A stretch of 64,000 nucleotides of DNA. Origin: an uncultured delta proteobacterium (GTDB lineage Bacteria > Desulfobacterota > Binatia > UBA9968). Below are positions 30,205 through 40,010 of this stretch, one piece after another. Made by a program: the position numbers and the translations under genes. Under the pieces are notes generated by a model. The model searched no databases, was not told the DNA's origin, and saw only the letters and a list, made by a program, of their open reading frames with translations. The stretch spans positions 64,001 through 128,000 of the forward strand of contig CAWJZV010000026.1 in the NCBI GenBank assembly GCA_963847445.1, written 5' to 3'. Position 1 is the stretch's first letter. Each line of letters opens with the position of its first letter.

Positions 30205-31332
30205 CTATCCCCACACCCGCCGCGCGACCCTCGCGACCAATTCCAACTTGCGCCGCATATCGTCCCAGGTGATCAAATTCCCCAACAGCGTCGATGCGAA
30301 GCCGCACTGGGTGCTGAGAGCAAGGTTTTCCAACGGCACGTACTTACTCGCCTCGTCGATGCGGCGGCACAAGATCTCTTCCGGCTCCAGCCGCGCTTCC
30401 TTGGTGGTGATCAGACCCAGCACGACGGTTATTCCTTTGGGGACGAAGCGCAGCGGTTCGAAACCGCCGGCGCGCTCGCTATCGTATTCCATCAGAAAGC
30501 GGTCGGCATGGAGCCCGCCGAAAGTTTTTTCGGCGATGACTTCGTAGCTGCCTTCAGCGCTCCAGGCGCTGCGATTGTTGCCACGGCAAAAGTGAATGCC
30601 GATGACCGCGCCTGGTGTTCGCGTCAAACCGCCGATAAGCGCGTTGTCGCCGGCGATCACGTCGTCCAAGATTTCGTCCGGGTCCGCGCCCATGGCGCGC
30701 AACTGCTGGCGCCGTCCCTCGTCCATCAGATGGGTCAAATAGGATGGCCCGTCGAGCTGGACATACGACGTTCCGGCGTCGAAGAGTCCCTGCACTTCTT
30801 CGCGCAACAGCGCGGCGAACTCATGGACCATGTCGCGCCGAGTTGGATACACTTTGTCGGTGACGCCGGCCTTGTACTTGCTGTCGGCGAACTGGACCAC
30901 GCTCGGCACGCAAACTTTGAACGGCCCGGGCGCCTGCTGTTTTAAGAACGCCGCTTCGGCGGCGAAGATGCCCTGGGATTTCCGGCGCAGCTTGGCGCCC
31001 ACCACCGACTCGCCGTCGGGACGGCGGAAACCGCTCGCTAACTCGCCGTTGGGCCCGCGCCAGATCGGCGCCATGATCGATTCGCTCGGCACCAAGCCAT
31101 CCAGCGCGCTGGTAAAATCGGCCATGAAGTTGCCGCGCCGATACTCGCCGTCGGTGACAACGTCGACACCGGCTGACTTCTGTAGCTCCAGCGCATGCAC
31201 AATCGCGCGATCCTCGATCTCCCGCAATTGCTCAGTCGATAGCCGCTTTTCCCGATGGGCGGTGCGGGCGTCGATGAGTTCCGCCGGCCGCAGCAAACTA
31301 CCGAGATTATCAGCGCGAAAAGAGCTTGCCAT
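30205..31332 (-). CDS. Core MetE-like Zn enzyme, type B
   Basis: FRADNLGSLLRP, TDGEYRR, GIHFCRGN, LMEYD, STQCGFAS; C-terminus nearly identical to 26509-27630. Confidence 0.92.
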   Translation of the reverse strand: MASSFRADNLGSLLRPAELIDARTAHREKRLSTEQLREIEDRAIVHALELQKSAGVDVVTDGEYRRGNFMADFTSALDGLVPSESIMAPIWRGPNGELASGFRRPDGESVVGAKLRRKSQGIFAAEAAFLKQQAPGPFKVCVPSVVQFADSKYKAGVTDKVYPTRRDMVHEFAALLREEVQGLFDAGTSYVQLDGPSYLTHLMDEGRRQQLRAMGADPDEILDDVIAGDNALIGGLTRTPGAVIGIHFCRGNNRSAWSAEGSYEVIAEKTFGGLHADRFLMEYDSERAGGFEPLRFVPKGITVVLGLITTKEARLEPEEILCRRIDEASKYVPLENLALSTQCGFASTLLGNLITWDDMRRKLELVARVARRVWG

Positions 31333-31354
31333 TTTTTTTGTCCGGTTCTTTCTC

Positions 31355-31398
31355 TTTGACGTTTTGAACGGCTTGAACCACTTGAACGCTTTGAACCT
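31355..31398. repeat. TTGAAC half element
   Basis: 4x TTGAAC at 9-bp period abutting the stop codon at 31399. Confidence 0.85.
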
Positions 31399-32421
31399 TT
31401 AACCCTTAATTCCCAATTCCTTATTCACCGCCCGCTGCAAGGTAAAGTCGAATATCCGCGCCGCCGGCACTGTCTCGGTCAACTTTAGCGCCAACGCCTC
31501 CTCGGCGAGAAACTCCTTGATCTCGTCGTCGGTGGGAATCCCCGTCGGCGTAAACGCCGGCTTACAGCGGCGGTACCATTCGGTGGCCGTCGCCAGATCG
31601 ACTTTCCATACCCGCGCGAGGATTTCCGCGGTTTCTTTCTCGTTGTCGTGGAAGAAGCGCGCCGACTTGGCCTTAACGCGCAACAGCCGGCGCAGCCAAT
31701 CGGGCGACTCCTGGACGTACCTGGTTTGCACCCCAATGCCTTGCTGGATGCTGGCAAATTTGTCGATGGAACTTTCCAGGACGTTCATCTTGAACTTGTC
31801 GCGGGCGAGAAACACATAGGGTGGGGTCAATCCGGCGACCTGGATCGAATTGCTTATCATGGCTTGCAGCTGGGTTGCCTCATCGCCTACTTGAGAAAAG
31901 GTCAGCTCTTTGTCCGAGTCGACGCCATGGATCGCGAGCATTTTTCGTGCTGCGGAATGTTGGCTGCCGTTGATGGTCGCAATGCCGAGCGCCTTGCCTT
32001 TCAATTCTTTGGCATTGCGGAACTCCGGACGCGACACTAACCAGAAAATCGGCCGGCGCAGATCGACGGCGACGACGCGCAAGGGCACGCCGCGCATGAT
32101 ACCGCGCACCGCGCTGCCCACTGAACCGAGGGCGTCGAGATCGCCGGCGACGCCGGCGGCGATCGCCGCGTTGGCGCTCATGCGGATCAATTGCGGATCG
32201 AAGCCTTCCTCGCGAAAGAAGCCTTTCTCCCGCGCGATGAAAAGTTGGATCGACGGCATGCCGGTGCTCGACATGCTGACGGTGATTTTCTGCGGCGCAG
32301 TCTGGGCGCCGGCATCGATCGCGAAAAACAATAGGCAACAAATTGCCGACCTGAGGATCAATCCGGGCTCTGCAAACCAATTCCTCAGCCGATCCAAAAC
32401 AGTGTCGAAGCAAAATCGCAT
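31399..32421 (-). CDS. NMT1/SsuA-like substrate-binding protein
   Basis: REKGFFREEGFD, ELKGKALGI, IFDFTLQRAVNKELG. Confidence 0.88.
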   Translation of the reverse strand: MRFCFDTVLDRLRNWFAEPGLILRSAICCLLFFAIDAGAQTAPQKITVSMSSTGMPSIQLFIAREKGFFREEGFDPQLIRMSANAAIAAGVAGDLDALGSVGSAVRGIMRGVPLRVVAVDLRRPIFWLVSRPEFRNAKELKGKALGIATINGSQHSAARKMLAIHGVDSDKELTFSQVGDEATQLQAMISNSIQVAGLTPPYVFLARDKFKMNVLESSIDKFASIQQGIGVQTRYVQESPDWLRRLLRVKAKSARFFHDNEKETAEILARVWKVDLATATEWYRRCKPAFTPTGIPTDDEIKEFLAEEALALKLTETVPAARIFDFTLQRAVNKELGIKG

Positions 32422-32524
32422 AGAGAAATTTCCCCTTCGTCATTTGGGTGGTGTTGATTTGAATACCTGCAAACTCTAGTCTGCTCCGTTTTAACTTAGC
32501 GCAAGTGTCGATTCGGCAAACCGG

Positions 32525-32734
32525 TTAGCGCAAAACCGAGGAAACCTCGGCCAACTCCGTCGAAAGTTCTTTCGCTGCCTGCACCAGCGCGGCCGCCACC
32601 GGCGCCTCTTGCTCCGGCGCGGTGCCGCCGACCCATAAAACGCCGCACACGCTGCCGGCGCGATCTGCGAGTGTTGCTCCCTGGGTGCGCTTGGCCCGGC
32701 TGAGCAACAGTTGCAAAGTCAATTTGGCGAGCAC
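32525..32734 (-). pseudogene. Possible remnant of an IclR-type effector-domain C-terminus
   Basis: DRAGSVCGVLWVGG..LVQAAKELSTEL resembles the end of IclR regulators; no HTH or intact start. Confidence 0.3.
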
Positions 32735-32857
32735 GGCTATCGGCTTGGCTGTTCAGACGTTCACCTCTGAAGCGATTACTGAATTGGCAGTCAATTTCTG
32801 CGCTCGCCGGCACTGGCATTGAGCGCAGCCTTTTTACTAACCGCGACATTTGGCTGG

Positions 32858-32939
32858 AGACTATGCATGTCAAATCATCCTGTCAACTGGAGTTTGGTCT
32901 GGAAATCTGGTTGACGTAGACTGCTTATTTGCCTATCTT
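32858..32939. promoter_or_regulatory. Divergent sigma70-like promoters
   Basis: Minus: TTGACA(32886)-N17-TAGTCT; plus: TTGACG(32911)-N17-TATCTT, 8 nt before ATG 32948. Confidence 0.55.
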
Positions 32940-32947
32940 CCGACCAG

Positions 32948-33983
32948 ATGAAAAGTTATCGATCACTGGTTTGGACCACGTTGTGCTTTTCGATTGCGAC
33001 TGGATTCATTTGCGCGACCGATCGCGCATGGTGCCAGCGCGGTTCCGGACAAAGTGCGAGCCGCTTATTCCTCGCCGAGCCCGACACAAGGCGTGCTCTG
33101 GGTGGCGCAGATGGGCGGACTGTTTCTGCGCAACGGCCTCAGCGTTGAAATCATCTTCACCCGCGCCGCGATCGAAACATTGGTCGCCGGCGAAGTCGAA
33201 TTCGGTCAAATGACCGGCGCACTGATGTCCTCAGCCAAGCTGCAAGGAGCCGATCCCGTCATGATCGCCGGCATCCAGGATCAGTTGGACGATCGGCTGG
33301 TCGCTCGCCCTACGATCAAATCGATGGAAGACCTAAAGGGAAAACGCATCGGCATTTTTCGCTTTGGCTCCGCCTCGCATTTGCGCGTGCTGAATATTTT
33401 GCCGCGCTACGGTTTGAGCGAGCGGGACGTGGCGTTTTTGCAGATCGGCGACAATCCGGCGCGTCTCATCGCCTTGCTGGGCGGCGCCATCGACGCGACG
33501 CTCTTACCGCCGCCGGACCATCTGGAAGCGCTGCGTGGAGATATGAAGCTCTTGCTCAACCTGCGCGAACTGAACGTGCCGTACCAAGGCACCGGTCTGG
33601 TCACCACCCAGCGTTTACTGGCCAAGCGCCGCGATCTTGCCCGGCGGTTCATAAAGTCATACGTCGAAGCGATCCATCTGGTAAAAACCAATCCGGAAGT
33701 GTCGAAACGCGCTTTTTCCAAGTACCGGCAAACCAAGGATGAAAAACAATTGGAAGACGCCTATTTGACACTGCGCGAAGTCGTAAAGCCAAAGCCCTAC
33801 CCATCTTTGGAGGGATTCAACACCATCATCAAGGACGCCATCGAGAGAATTCCAGCGGCAAAGACCGCCAATGCCAAAGACTTCATCGACCCGAGCTTGC
33901 TCGAAGAGTTGGATCGTTCAGGGTATATTGATCCCCAGCTCGCGCAGCACTTCACGCTGAATCGTAAAATCAACGATCCTTGA
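32948..33983 (+). CDS. NMT1/SsuA-like substrate-binding protein (+1 frameshift near 33035; aberrant C-terminus)
   Basis: GGLFLRNGL, DLKGKRIGIFRFGS, KPYPSLEG, FIDPSLLEELDRSGYID. Confidence 0.87.
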
Positions 33984-34903
33984 CGGCGCCGCCGGCTCAG
34001 GCAGATTGAGGATCTTGGGCGTCGCTCACGAGATGCTCCTTGACCTCATCGTCGGTGGGAATGCCGGTGTTGGTAAATGCCGGCTTGGAAGCGCGGTAGG
34101 ATTCCACGGCCGTCTTGAAATCGACTTTGTAAAGCCGCGCCAGGTATTCGCTTCCTTCGCGCTCGTTCTCCAGATAGAAACGGTTTCCCTTGGCTCGCGC
34201 GCGTAAAATCTTTTTCACCAGGTCGGGCTTTTCTTGCAAGAGCTTAAGCGAAACAACCAGGCCACTGTCGATGCCGGCGAAACGTTCGAGCGCGCTATCG
34301 AGAATATTCATCTTGAACTTGTCGCGCGCGACAGCAACCCAGGGCGGACTGAGCGCGGTGATCTGCACCGAGTTGTTAATCAGGGCCTGCAACTGCATGG
34401 TCTGATCGTTGATTTGAATTGAAGTGATATCCTTCTCCGCATCCAAACCGCCCGCCGCCAACATGCCTTTTGCCCGGCAGATGTTGGCTGCCGCCGATCG
34501 TCGATATGCCAAGCACCTTGCCCTTTAACTCTTTAACTGCGCGGTACTCAGGCCGGACCACGAGCCAAAACAGTGGGCGGCGCAGGGTCACGACTACGAC
34601 CCGCAGGGACGCGCCCCGCTGGATGGCCCGAATCGCGCTACCGATAGCCGCTTGGCCTTCGAGTTCGCCGGCGATGCTCGCGGTGATTGCGAGATTGGAG
34701 CTCATCTGGATGAGCTGCGGCTCCAAACCTTCTTCGCGAAAGTAACCCTTCTCTTTGCCAAGGAAGAGATCGACGTAATTGACGCCGGTACTGGAGTAGG
34801 CGATGGCGACACGTTGCAAAGGCGCTTGCGCCCACAGGTCCGTGCGATTTGCCGAAGTGACAATCAACAGGGATAGGAAAATTGCCGCAAAACTCGCTCC
34901 CAT
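33918..34903 (-). CDS. NMT1/SsuA-like substrate-binding protein (+1 frameshifts near 34474 and 34016); close paralog of 31399-32421
   Basis: KEKGYFREEGLEPQLIQMS, LRRPLFWLV, KPAFTNTGIPTDDE, repaired end IVDFTIQREVLRELGINIP*. Confidence 0.87.
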
Positions 34904-35154
34904 AATCTGACTCCAAGCGTGGACACGCCAACTAGCTCTACTCCAATTAGCTGCAAATTGTCCAACCAAAATTTCACGCACCGCGCACTTGGCAGAGGAC
35001 GGCGATTTGGCTAGTATCGGCTGCGAGGCAACCGCAATAACCATGCAAAACCGTTATATCTCCGGCGGGCGCCGGCAGCGCTGAACAGCGCTTCAACAAC
35101 TCGTCAATCGAACGGCTCGAGCGCGAGCGATTCGTTGAAAGACTAAGCTCAACC

Positions 35155-36129
35155 ATGAAAAGATCACTTGTCATCTCGCTTCTGATCGTCGTTGCCATGC
35201 TGGCCGTTGTCAGCGCCAATCATGCGGCGTCGTTAAAATCGGTCAACTTCGCGTCGAACACACCGACCTTGAGCGGCACGTTGCCGCTGGTCGTCGCCCA
35301 GGAGTTTGGTTTCTTCGCCGCCGAAGGTTTGGATGTAAAAACCGTCCTGATTCGCGGCGGGCCGACGGCGATGGCGGCTCTGGTTGGCGGCGGCGTCGAT
35401 TACACGCTGGTGGCCGGCGTGGCAGCGGTGCGGGCGATCGCGCAAAACGCGCCGATGACGATCATCAGCGGCATGCAACCTTACATGGACTACACGTTGC
35501 TCGGAGCCAAGGGCATCGCCGGCGTCAACGACCTCAAGGGCAAAGTCGTCGGCGTCACCGGTCCGGGCGGCATCGCCGAGTTCGCCACGGTCGAAGGGCT
35601 GGCCAAAAAAGGCTTGGTGCGCGACCGCGATTATAAAATCCTTTACGGCGTCGGCAACAGTCCGGCGCGCGCCCAAGCTTTAGAAACCGGCAAGATCCAG
35701 GCGTCGCCATTTTCTTTCTTAGAAAGATTGGAACTGGAAAGGAAAGGCTATCCCACTCTTTTCGATATCGGCAGCGTCATGCCGGGATTTCCTTTCGTGG
35801 TGATAGTTACCAGTAAACAAAAAATCGAGACCGATCCTGAAGGAATCGTTTCGATGCTGCGGGCGATCAAGCGCGGCTTGGACTTCCTCGCCGGCAACCA
35901 TGAAAAAGTCGCCGCCGTGGTGATCAAGAAGAGTCACTTTGGCGACCCGGCCACGGTGCGCAAAGTCATCGCGCAGTTTGCCGAGGTCTATTCGGTGGCA
36001 ATTACCAAAGAAGACATCGAAGCGCTGATCGCCGCCACGCGTATCGAAGCGGAAGCGAAAAAGCTCGGCGGCTCGGAGAAATTCTTTACCCGGCAATTTC
36101 TCACCAAGGCCCTCGGCCAAGCCCGTTGA
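35155..36129 (+). CDS. NMT1/SsuA-like substrate-binding protein
   Basis: Signal peptide MKRSLVISLL..NHA, EFGFFAAEGLDV, DLKGKVVGVT. Confidence 0.9.
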   Translation: MKRSLVISLLIVVAMLAVVSANHAASLKSVNFASNTPTLSGTLPLVVAQEFGFFAAEGLDVKTVLIRGGPTAMAALVGGGVDYTLVAGVAAVRAIAQNAPMTIISGMQPYMDYTLLGAKGIAGVNDLKGKVVGVTGPGGIAEFATVEGLAKKGLVRDRDYKILYGVGNSPARAQALETGKIQASPFSFLERLELERKGYPTLFDIGSVMPGFPFVVIVTSKQKIETDPEGIVSMLRAIKRGLDFLAGNHEKVAAVVIKKSHFGDPATVRKVIAQFAEVYSVAITKEDIEALIAATRIEAEAKKLGGSEKFFTRQFLTKALGQAR

Positions 36130-36140
36130 AAGGAACTCTC

Positions 36141-37094
36141 ATGGCACAAAACATCGAACTGAGTCTTCTCCTCGCCGACTATCACCGCACGCGGCCCATA
36201 TTGAACGGCGAGATCAAAGCACAGGGTGTTGAACTCACGCTGCACCGCGCCGAGACCGGCGTCGCCTGCATGCGGCCGGTCTACGAAGAATACGACATCG
36301 CCGAGATGTCTCTGTCTTGGTACGTAATGGCGCGCAGCCGCAACGAGCCGGTCGTCGCCCTGCCGATCTTTCCGTTGCGCATGCAGATCCACCCATATAT
36401 TTTTTGCTCGCCGGCCTCCGGCATCGAACGCCCGGAGGACTTGAAGGGCAAAAAGATCGGCATGGACCAATACCGCTTGACCGTCGGCCTGTGGGCGCGC
36501 GGCATCCTGCAAGAACATTACGGCGTGCGGCCGGAAGATTGCCATTGGTTTACCAACGAACCCGAGTCGCCGGACGCCGGCTTTCAACTGCCGGCGAATG
36601 TCGAGCTCACCTGCGCCCAGGAGTCCACCGAAGCGATGCTCTTGCGCGGCGAGCTCGACGCTTTGATCCCGCCCAACATAGTGCCGTCGTTTCGCAAACA
36701 AGACCCGCGCATTCGCCGCGTCTTCAAAGACATCCGCGCCACCGTCAATGATTATTTTCATCACACCCGAATCTTCCCGATCACTCACACGCTGGTGGTG
36801 CGCGAGGAGCTGTTCGAAAAACAGCCTTGGCTGGTGGCCAGCCTGCTCGAAGCCTTCAACGAAGCCGAAGAACTTTGCCGCAAGTCCTACGCCTATGCCA
36901 AGCGCTCGGCATTTCCCTCGGCGGTGCTGATCTTGGAAGAAGAGGAAGAAGTTTTCGGCAAGAATCCCTGGCAGCACGGCTTAACGCCCGAGAACCAAGT
37001 GGTGCTGGAAAAATTCGTCCAATACGCCAACGAGCAGGGCTACATCCCGAACCGGCCGGCGCTGAGCGAGTTGTTCGCGCCAATCGGAAACTAG
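36141..37094 (+). CDS. 4,5-dihydroxyphthalate decarboxylase-like protein (PBP2 fold, no signal peptide)
   Basis: DYHRTRPILNG, YDIAEMSLSWY, LPIFPLR, PEDLKGKKIG, WARGILQEHYG, IFPITH, PWQHG, YANEQG. Confidence 0.8.
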   Translation: MAQNIELSLLLADYHRTRPILNGEIKAQGVELTLHRAETGVACMRPVYEEYDIAEMSLSWYVMARSRNEPVVALPIFPLRMQIHPYIFCSPASGIERPEDLKGKKIGMDQYRLTVGLWARGILQEHYGVRPEDCHWFTNEPESPDAGFQLPANVELTCAQESTEAMLLRGELDALIPPNIVPSFRKQDPRIRRVFKDIRATVNDYFHHTRIFPITHTLVVREELFEKQPWLVASLLEAFNEAEELCRKSYAYAKRSAFPSAVLILEEEEEVFGKNPWQHGLTPENQVVLEKFVQYANEQGYIPNRPALSELFAPIGN

Positions 37095-37124
37095 CGGCGA
37101 GGGAACCCAACACAGCACCACCCC

Positions 37125-37195
37125 GGGGCGTATGCAATACGCCCCTACCTCAGATTGTTTTGCGCCTATTGCGGTTAAATATCCGATTCCGAATC
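37125..37195. repeat. GTAG REP plus TTGCG half element
   Basis: GGGGCGTATGCAATACGCCCCTAC, TTTTGCGCCTATTGCGGTTAA, ATCCGATTCCGAAT. Confidence 0.75.
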
Positions 37196-37233
37196 GTTTC
37201 GTTGGTTGTGCCACGCTCGGCTTACTGTGCCCG

Positions 37234-38226
37234 TTACTTCGCGGGATACAAGCCAGCGAAGAAACCGCTCTGCTCCAGGCCGCGCACGATGGCGCCGTCG
37301 ATCTGATCGTCCACCGACAGCGGCCGCAGCTGCGGTTCGCTTTTCTCCAGGAAGGTTTTGATCAACGCAATGCCCGCTCGGTTCGGATACGGCACCCGCG
37401 GAACGTAATTGAGATAGGTTCGCTGAGTTTCTTCTTGCACCAGCACGTCATCGATTTTCAACCGGTCTTTGATGACTTTCTTGGAAAAGGCCACGTCAGT
37501 TTTGAATACCGCGATCGCTTCGCCCATGGCGCGGACGAAGTTGCGCGCGATCTCTGGATTTTGCCGGAGAAACGACTTGCGCGTAACCACTCCCGCCGAC
37601 TGATAATCCGGAATCAGGTCGCCGAGATCGACCAATTCGCGAAAACCTTCTTGCTTCGCCACCGCCAAAGTCGGGAGAGAAATCGGTCCGCCGAAGATCT
37701 TTTTGCTCTGCATGCCCGAGAGAATCGGCGGCACGCCGCCCATCTGAATGATCGGCACGTCGGTTTCCGGCCGCAGCCCCCATTTATCGAGCGCCAGTCG
37801 CAACAGCGCGTCGGTGACGGAACCAAAACGTGTCACGCCCATCGCCCTGCCCTTAAGATCCTTGGGTTCGCGAATCTCCGGCCGCACGATGATCGAAAAC
37901 GGCGGCTTGGTCACCAGACCGACGATCATCACGGTATCACCACCCTGCGCATTGACACGCATCACCGGTTCGATGCCTTGGATGCTAAGCTGCGTGGTCC
38001 CGCCGAGCAGCGACTGCATCGCCGGTGACCCGGCGACGTAAATCAGCTCGACGTCGAGATCGTACTTCGCGAAGATTCCCTTATCGACCGCGATCCAGGG
38101 GATCACCGCGGAGCCGGAAATCGAGCTGTAAGCGACGCGGAGTTGCGTTGCGGATTTAGTCGCCGCTAGCAGAGGCGTTGAAAGCAGAATTGCGATAAGT
38201 GAGCTGACAAGTCCAATTAATGACAT
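37234..38226 (-). CDS. NMT1/SsuA-like substrate-binding protein
   Basis: Signal peptide, DKGIFAKYDLDVE, DLKGRAMGVTRFGS, GLEQSGFF. Confidence 0.9.
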   Translation of the reverse strand: MSLIGLVSSLIAILLSTPLLAATKSATQLRVAYSSISGSAVIPWIAVDKGIFAKYDLDVELIYVAGSPAMQSLLGGTTQLSIQGIEPVMRVNAQGGDTVMIVGLVTKPPFSIIVRPEIREPKDLKGRAMGVTRFGSVTDALLRLALDKWGLRPETDVPIIQMGGVPPILSGMQSKKIFGGPISLPTLAVAKQEGFRELVDLGDLIPDYQSAGVVTRKSFLRQNPEIARNFVRAMGEAIAVFKTDVAFSKKVIKDRLKIDDVLVQEETQRTYLNYVPRVPYPNRAGIALIKTFLEKSEPQLRPLSVDDQIDGAIVRGLEQSGFFAGLYPAK

Positions 38227-38233
38227 GAAAATT

Positions 38234-38280
38234 CGACTTTCAGACTTCCGACCTCTGACCTCTGACCTCTGACTTCCGAC
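38234..38280. repeat. 7-bp tandem repeat (TCTGACC/TCCGACT)
   Basis: TCGACTTTCAGACTTCCGACCTCTGACCTCTGACCTCTGACTTCCGAC fills the whole intergenic gap. Confidence 0.85.
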
Positions 38281-38756
38281 TAACCTTCCGCGTGCAGCGT
38301 CTTGCCGCCTACCTCGACTGGCTTGGCATCGATCAGGATGAAAGCAATCACGCAAGGCGCGGCGCCGCGGTTGACCCAGTTGTGGATCGTGCCGCGCTGC
38401 ACCAGCACATCACCCGCCTTCAGATGGACGACAGTGTTATCGAGCTCCATGTCGATCTCTCCCGCCATGACGACGGCATAATCGATGGAATCCGTCCGGT
38501 GGTTACGCGGCGCGACGCCGGGCGCAAACTCGACGACGCGAAAGACCGTGCCGTTATTCAACGTCGTCCCTACCTGCCGCAGTCCCTCGTCGGCGTCGCC
38601 GGTGTTGTTGACGGGAAAAGATTCCGTGGTCCAGACCACACAAGCCGACCGTCCCGGCCGGCCCGCGGCGGAATTTTTAGCAACCTCATCGATCTTCACT
38701 ATCGCCTTACCGTTGGTATCATGTCCGGTGACTACCCGTCGTAACTGAAGTGACAT
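38280..38756 (-). CDS. Cupin domain protein
   Basis: RRVVTGHD, HRTDSIDY, GDVLVQRGTIHNW. Confidence 0.93.
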   Translation of the reverse strand: MSLQLRRVVTGHDTNGKAIVKIDEVAKNSAAGRPGRSACVVWTTESFPVNNTGDADEGLRQVGTTLNNGTVFRVVEFAPGVAPRNHRTDSIDYAVVMAGEIDMELDNTVVHLKAGDVLVQRGTIHNWVNRGAAPCVIAFILIDAKPVEVGGKTLHAEG

Positions 38757-38907
38757 CGTCTTTCTTCCTCCTCGAACCCGGCCATTATAGCTTTGCGCGC
38801 GATCCAGATTCGCTACTAATCCCTGCCCTGAGGCGGACGCAGAGTTTGCATGCGACTGCATCATGCTCGCCTGGTGCCCTAACGTTCAAGCTCATCGGTC
38901 TGCGCGG

Positions 38908-38981
38908 GATTTTTTGCGTTCATTGCGGCCAGTCTTCTCGGCTCCGAAACATTGAACCTTGAACCTTTGAACCTTTGAACG
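38908..38981. repeat. TTGCG half element plus TTGAAC half element
   Basis: TTTTTTGCGTTCATTGCGGCCA; CTCCGAAACA(TTGAAC)x4. Confidence 0.8.
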
Positions 38982-38995
38982 GCGGGCGAAGCGCG

Positions 38996-39772
38996 CTATT
39001 TATGAAATTCCTTCGTCCCTGCGTAGGCCCGCGGATTAACCAGCGCATGCTCTTCCTGCATCAGCCAGGCGATCTCCGCCGCCATCGGCACGCTCGCCGC
39101 TTCCATGGATGAATGCGCCGCCATTTTGCAGTATTTCAACGTCGTCTTGTCGAACTTGCCGATCTCCTCGCCCCACTTCCACGCTTCATCTTGCAATTGA
39201 TCGTGCGGCACGACGCGGTTGATCAAACCGGCGTTCATCGACTTTTCCGCGTCCCAGTTTTTGCCGGTGAGAATCAACTCGAATCCAAGTTTGGTCGGAA
39301 TCAGCGTCTTGAACATGGTCGCGATGATCGGATAGGGCAAGAAGCCGCGCATGATCTCGGGCAAACCGAACATCGCCTTGTCCGAAGCGATCGCCAGATC
39401 GTGCGGCAAGAGCAACGTAATGCCGCCACCCAAACAGAATCCGTTCACCACCGCTATGGTCACCTTGGGGAAAGTCCGAATCACTTCGGCGACGTGATAG
39501 GCGCGCGGCTCCTTGCGCCGGTCTTTGCCGCGATTCTGCCCGCCTTCCGTCGGAAATTCAGAGAGGTCGCGGCCGGCGCAGTAAGCGACATCGCCCGCGC
39601 CGGTGGTCAAGACCACGGCAATCTCGTCGTCATTGCGTAGCTCCTCGAACACCGCCAGCATCTCGCGAATCGCATCGCGGCTGAGCGCATTGCGCTTCTC
39701 CGGCCGGTTGATCGTCAACTTCGCCACCGCGCCGCGGGTTTCCAATATCGTGAATTTACCTTCTTTGATCAT
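38996..39772 (-). CDS. Enoyl-CoA hydratase/isomerase (crotonase) family protein
   Basis: NRPEKRNAL, YCAGRDL, VNGFCLGGG, FGLPE, AGLINRVVP. Confidence 0.92.
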   Translation of the reverse strand: MIKEGKFTILETRGAVAKLTINRPEKRNALSRDAIREMLAVFEELRNDDEIAVVLTTGAGDVAYCAGRDLSEFPTEGGQNRGKDRRKEPRAYHVAEVIRTFPKVTIAVVNGFCLGGGITLLLPHDLAIASDKAMFGLPEIMRGFLPYPIIATMFKTLIPTKLGFELILTGKNWDAEKSMNAGLINRVVPHDQLQDEAWKWGEEIGKFDKTTLKYCKMAAHSSMEAASVPMAAEIAWLMQEEHALVNPRAYAGTKEFHK

Positions 39773-39853
39773 TGCCAAATCCTTTCTTAGCTCGTCGTAC
39801 TATAGGCGAATAACACTTGCTGTCCGTTTCGGTCAACCATTCAGAAAGGGTCT

Positions 39854-39935
39854 TTCACCACGAAGCGCACGAAGGACACGAAGGTTTCAAATAATGCTAT
39901 TCCGAGCTTCGTGCTCTTCGTGCCTTCGTGGTGAA
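39854..39935. repeat. CACGAAG 9-mer palindrome
   Basis: TTCACCACGAAGCGCACGAAGGACACGAAG ... CTTCGTGCTCTTCGTGCCTTCGTGGTGAA, TCCGA in loop. Confidence 0.9.
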
Positions 39936-40010
39936 AATGGGACTCCCATCGACCACCAAAACAAACCTTACCCTTGAAAGCCCCAGGTCAATCGGATATC
40001 CCCGTGGCAC

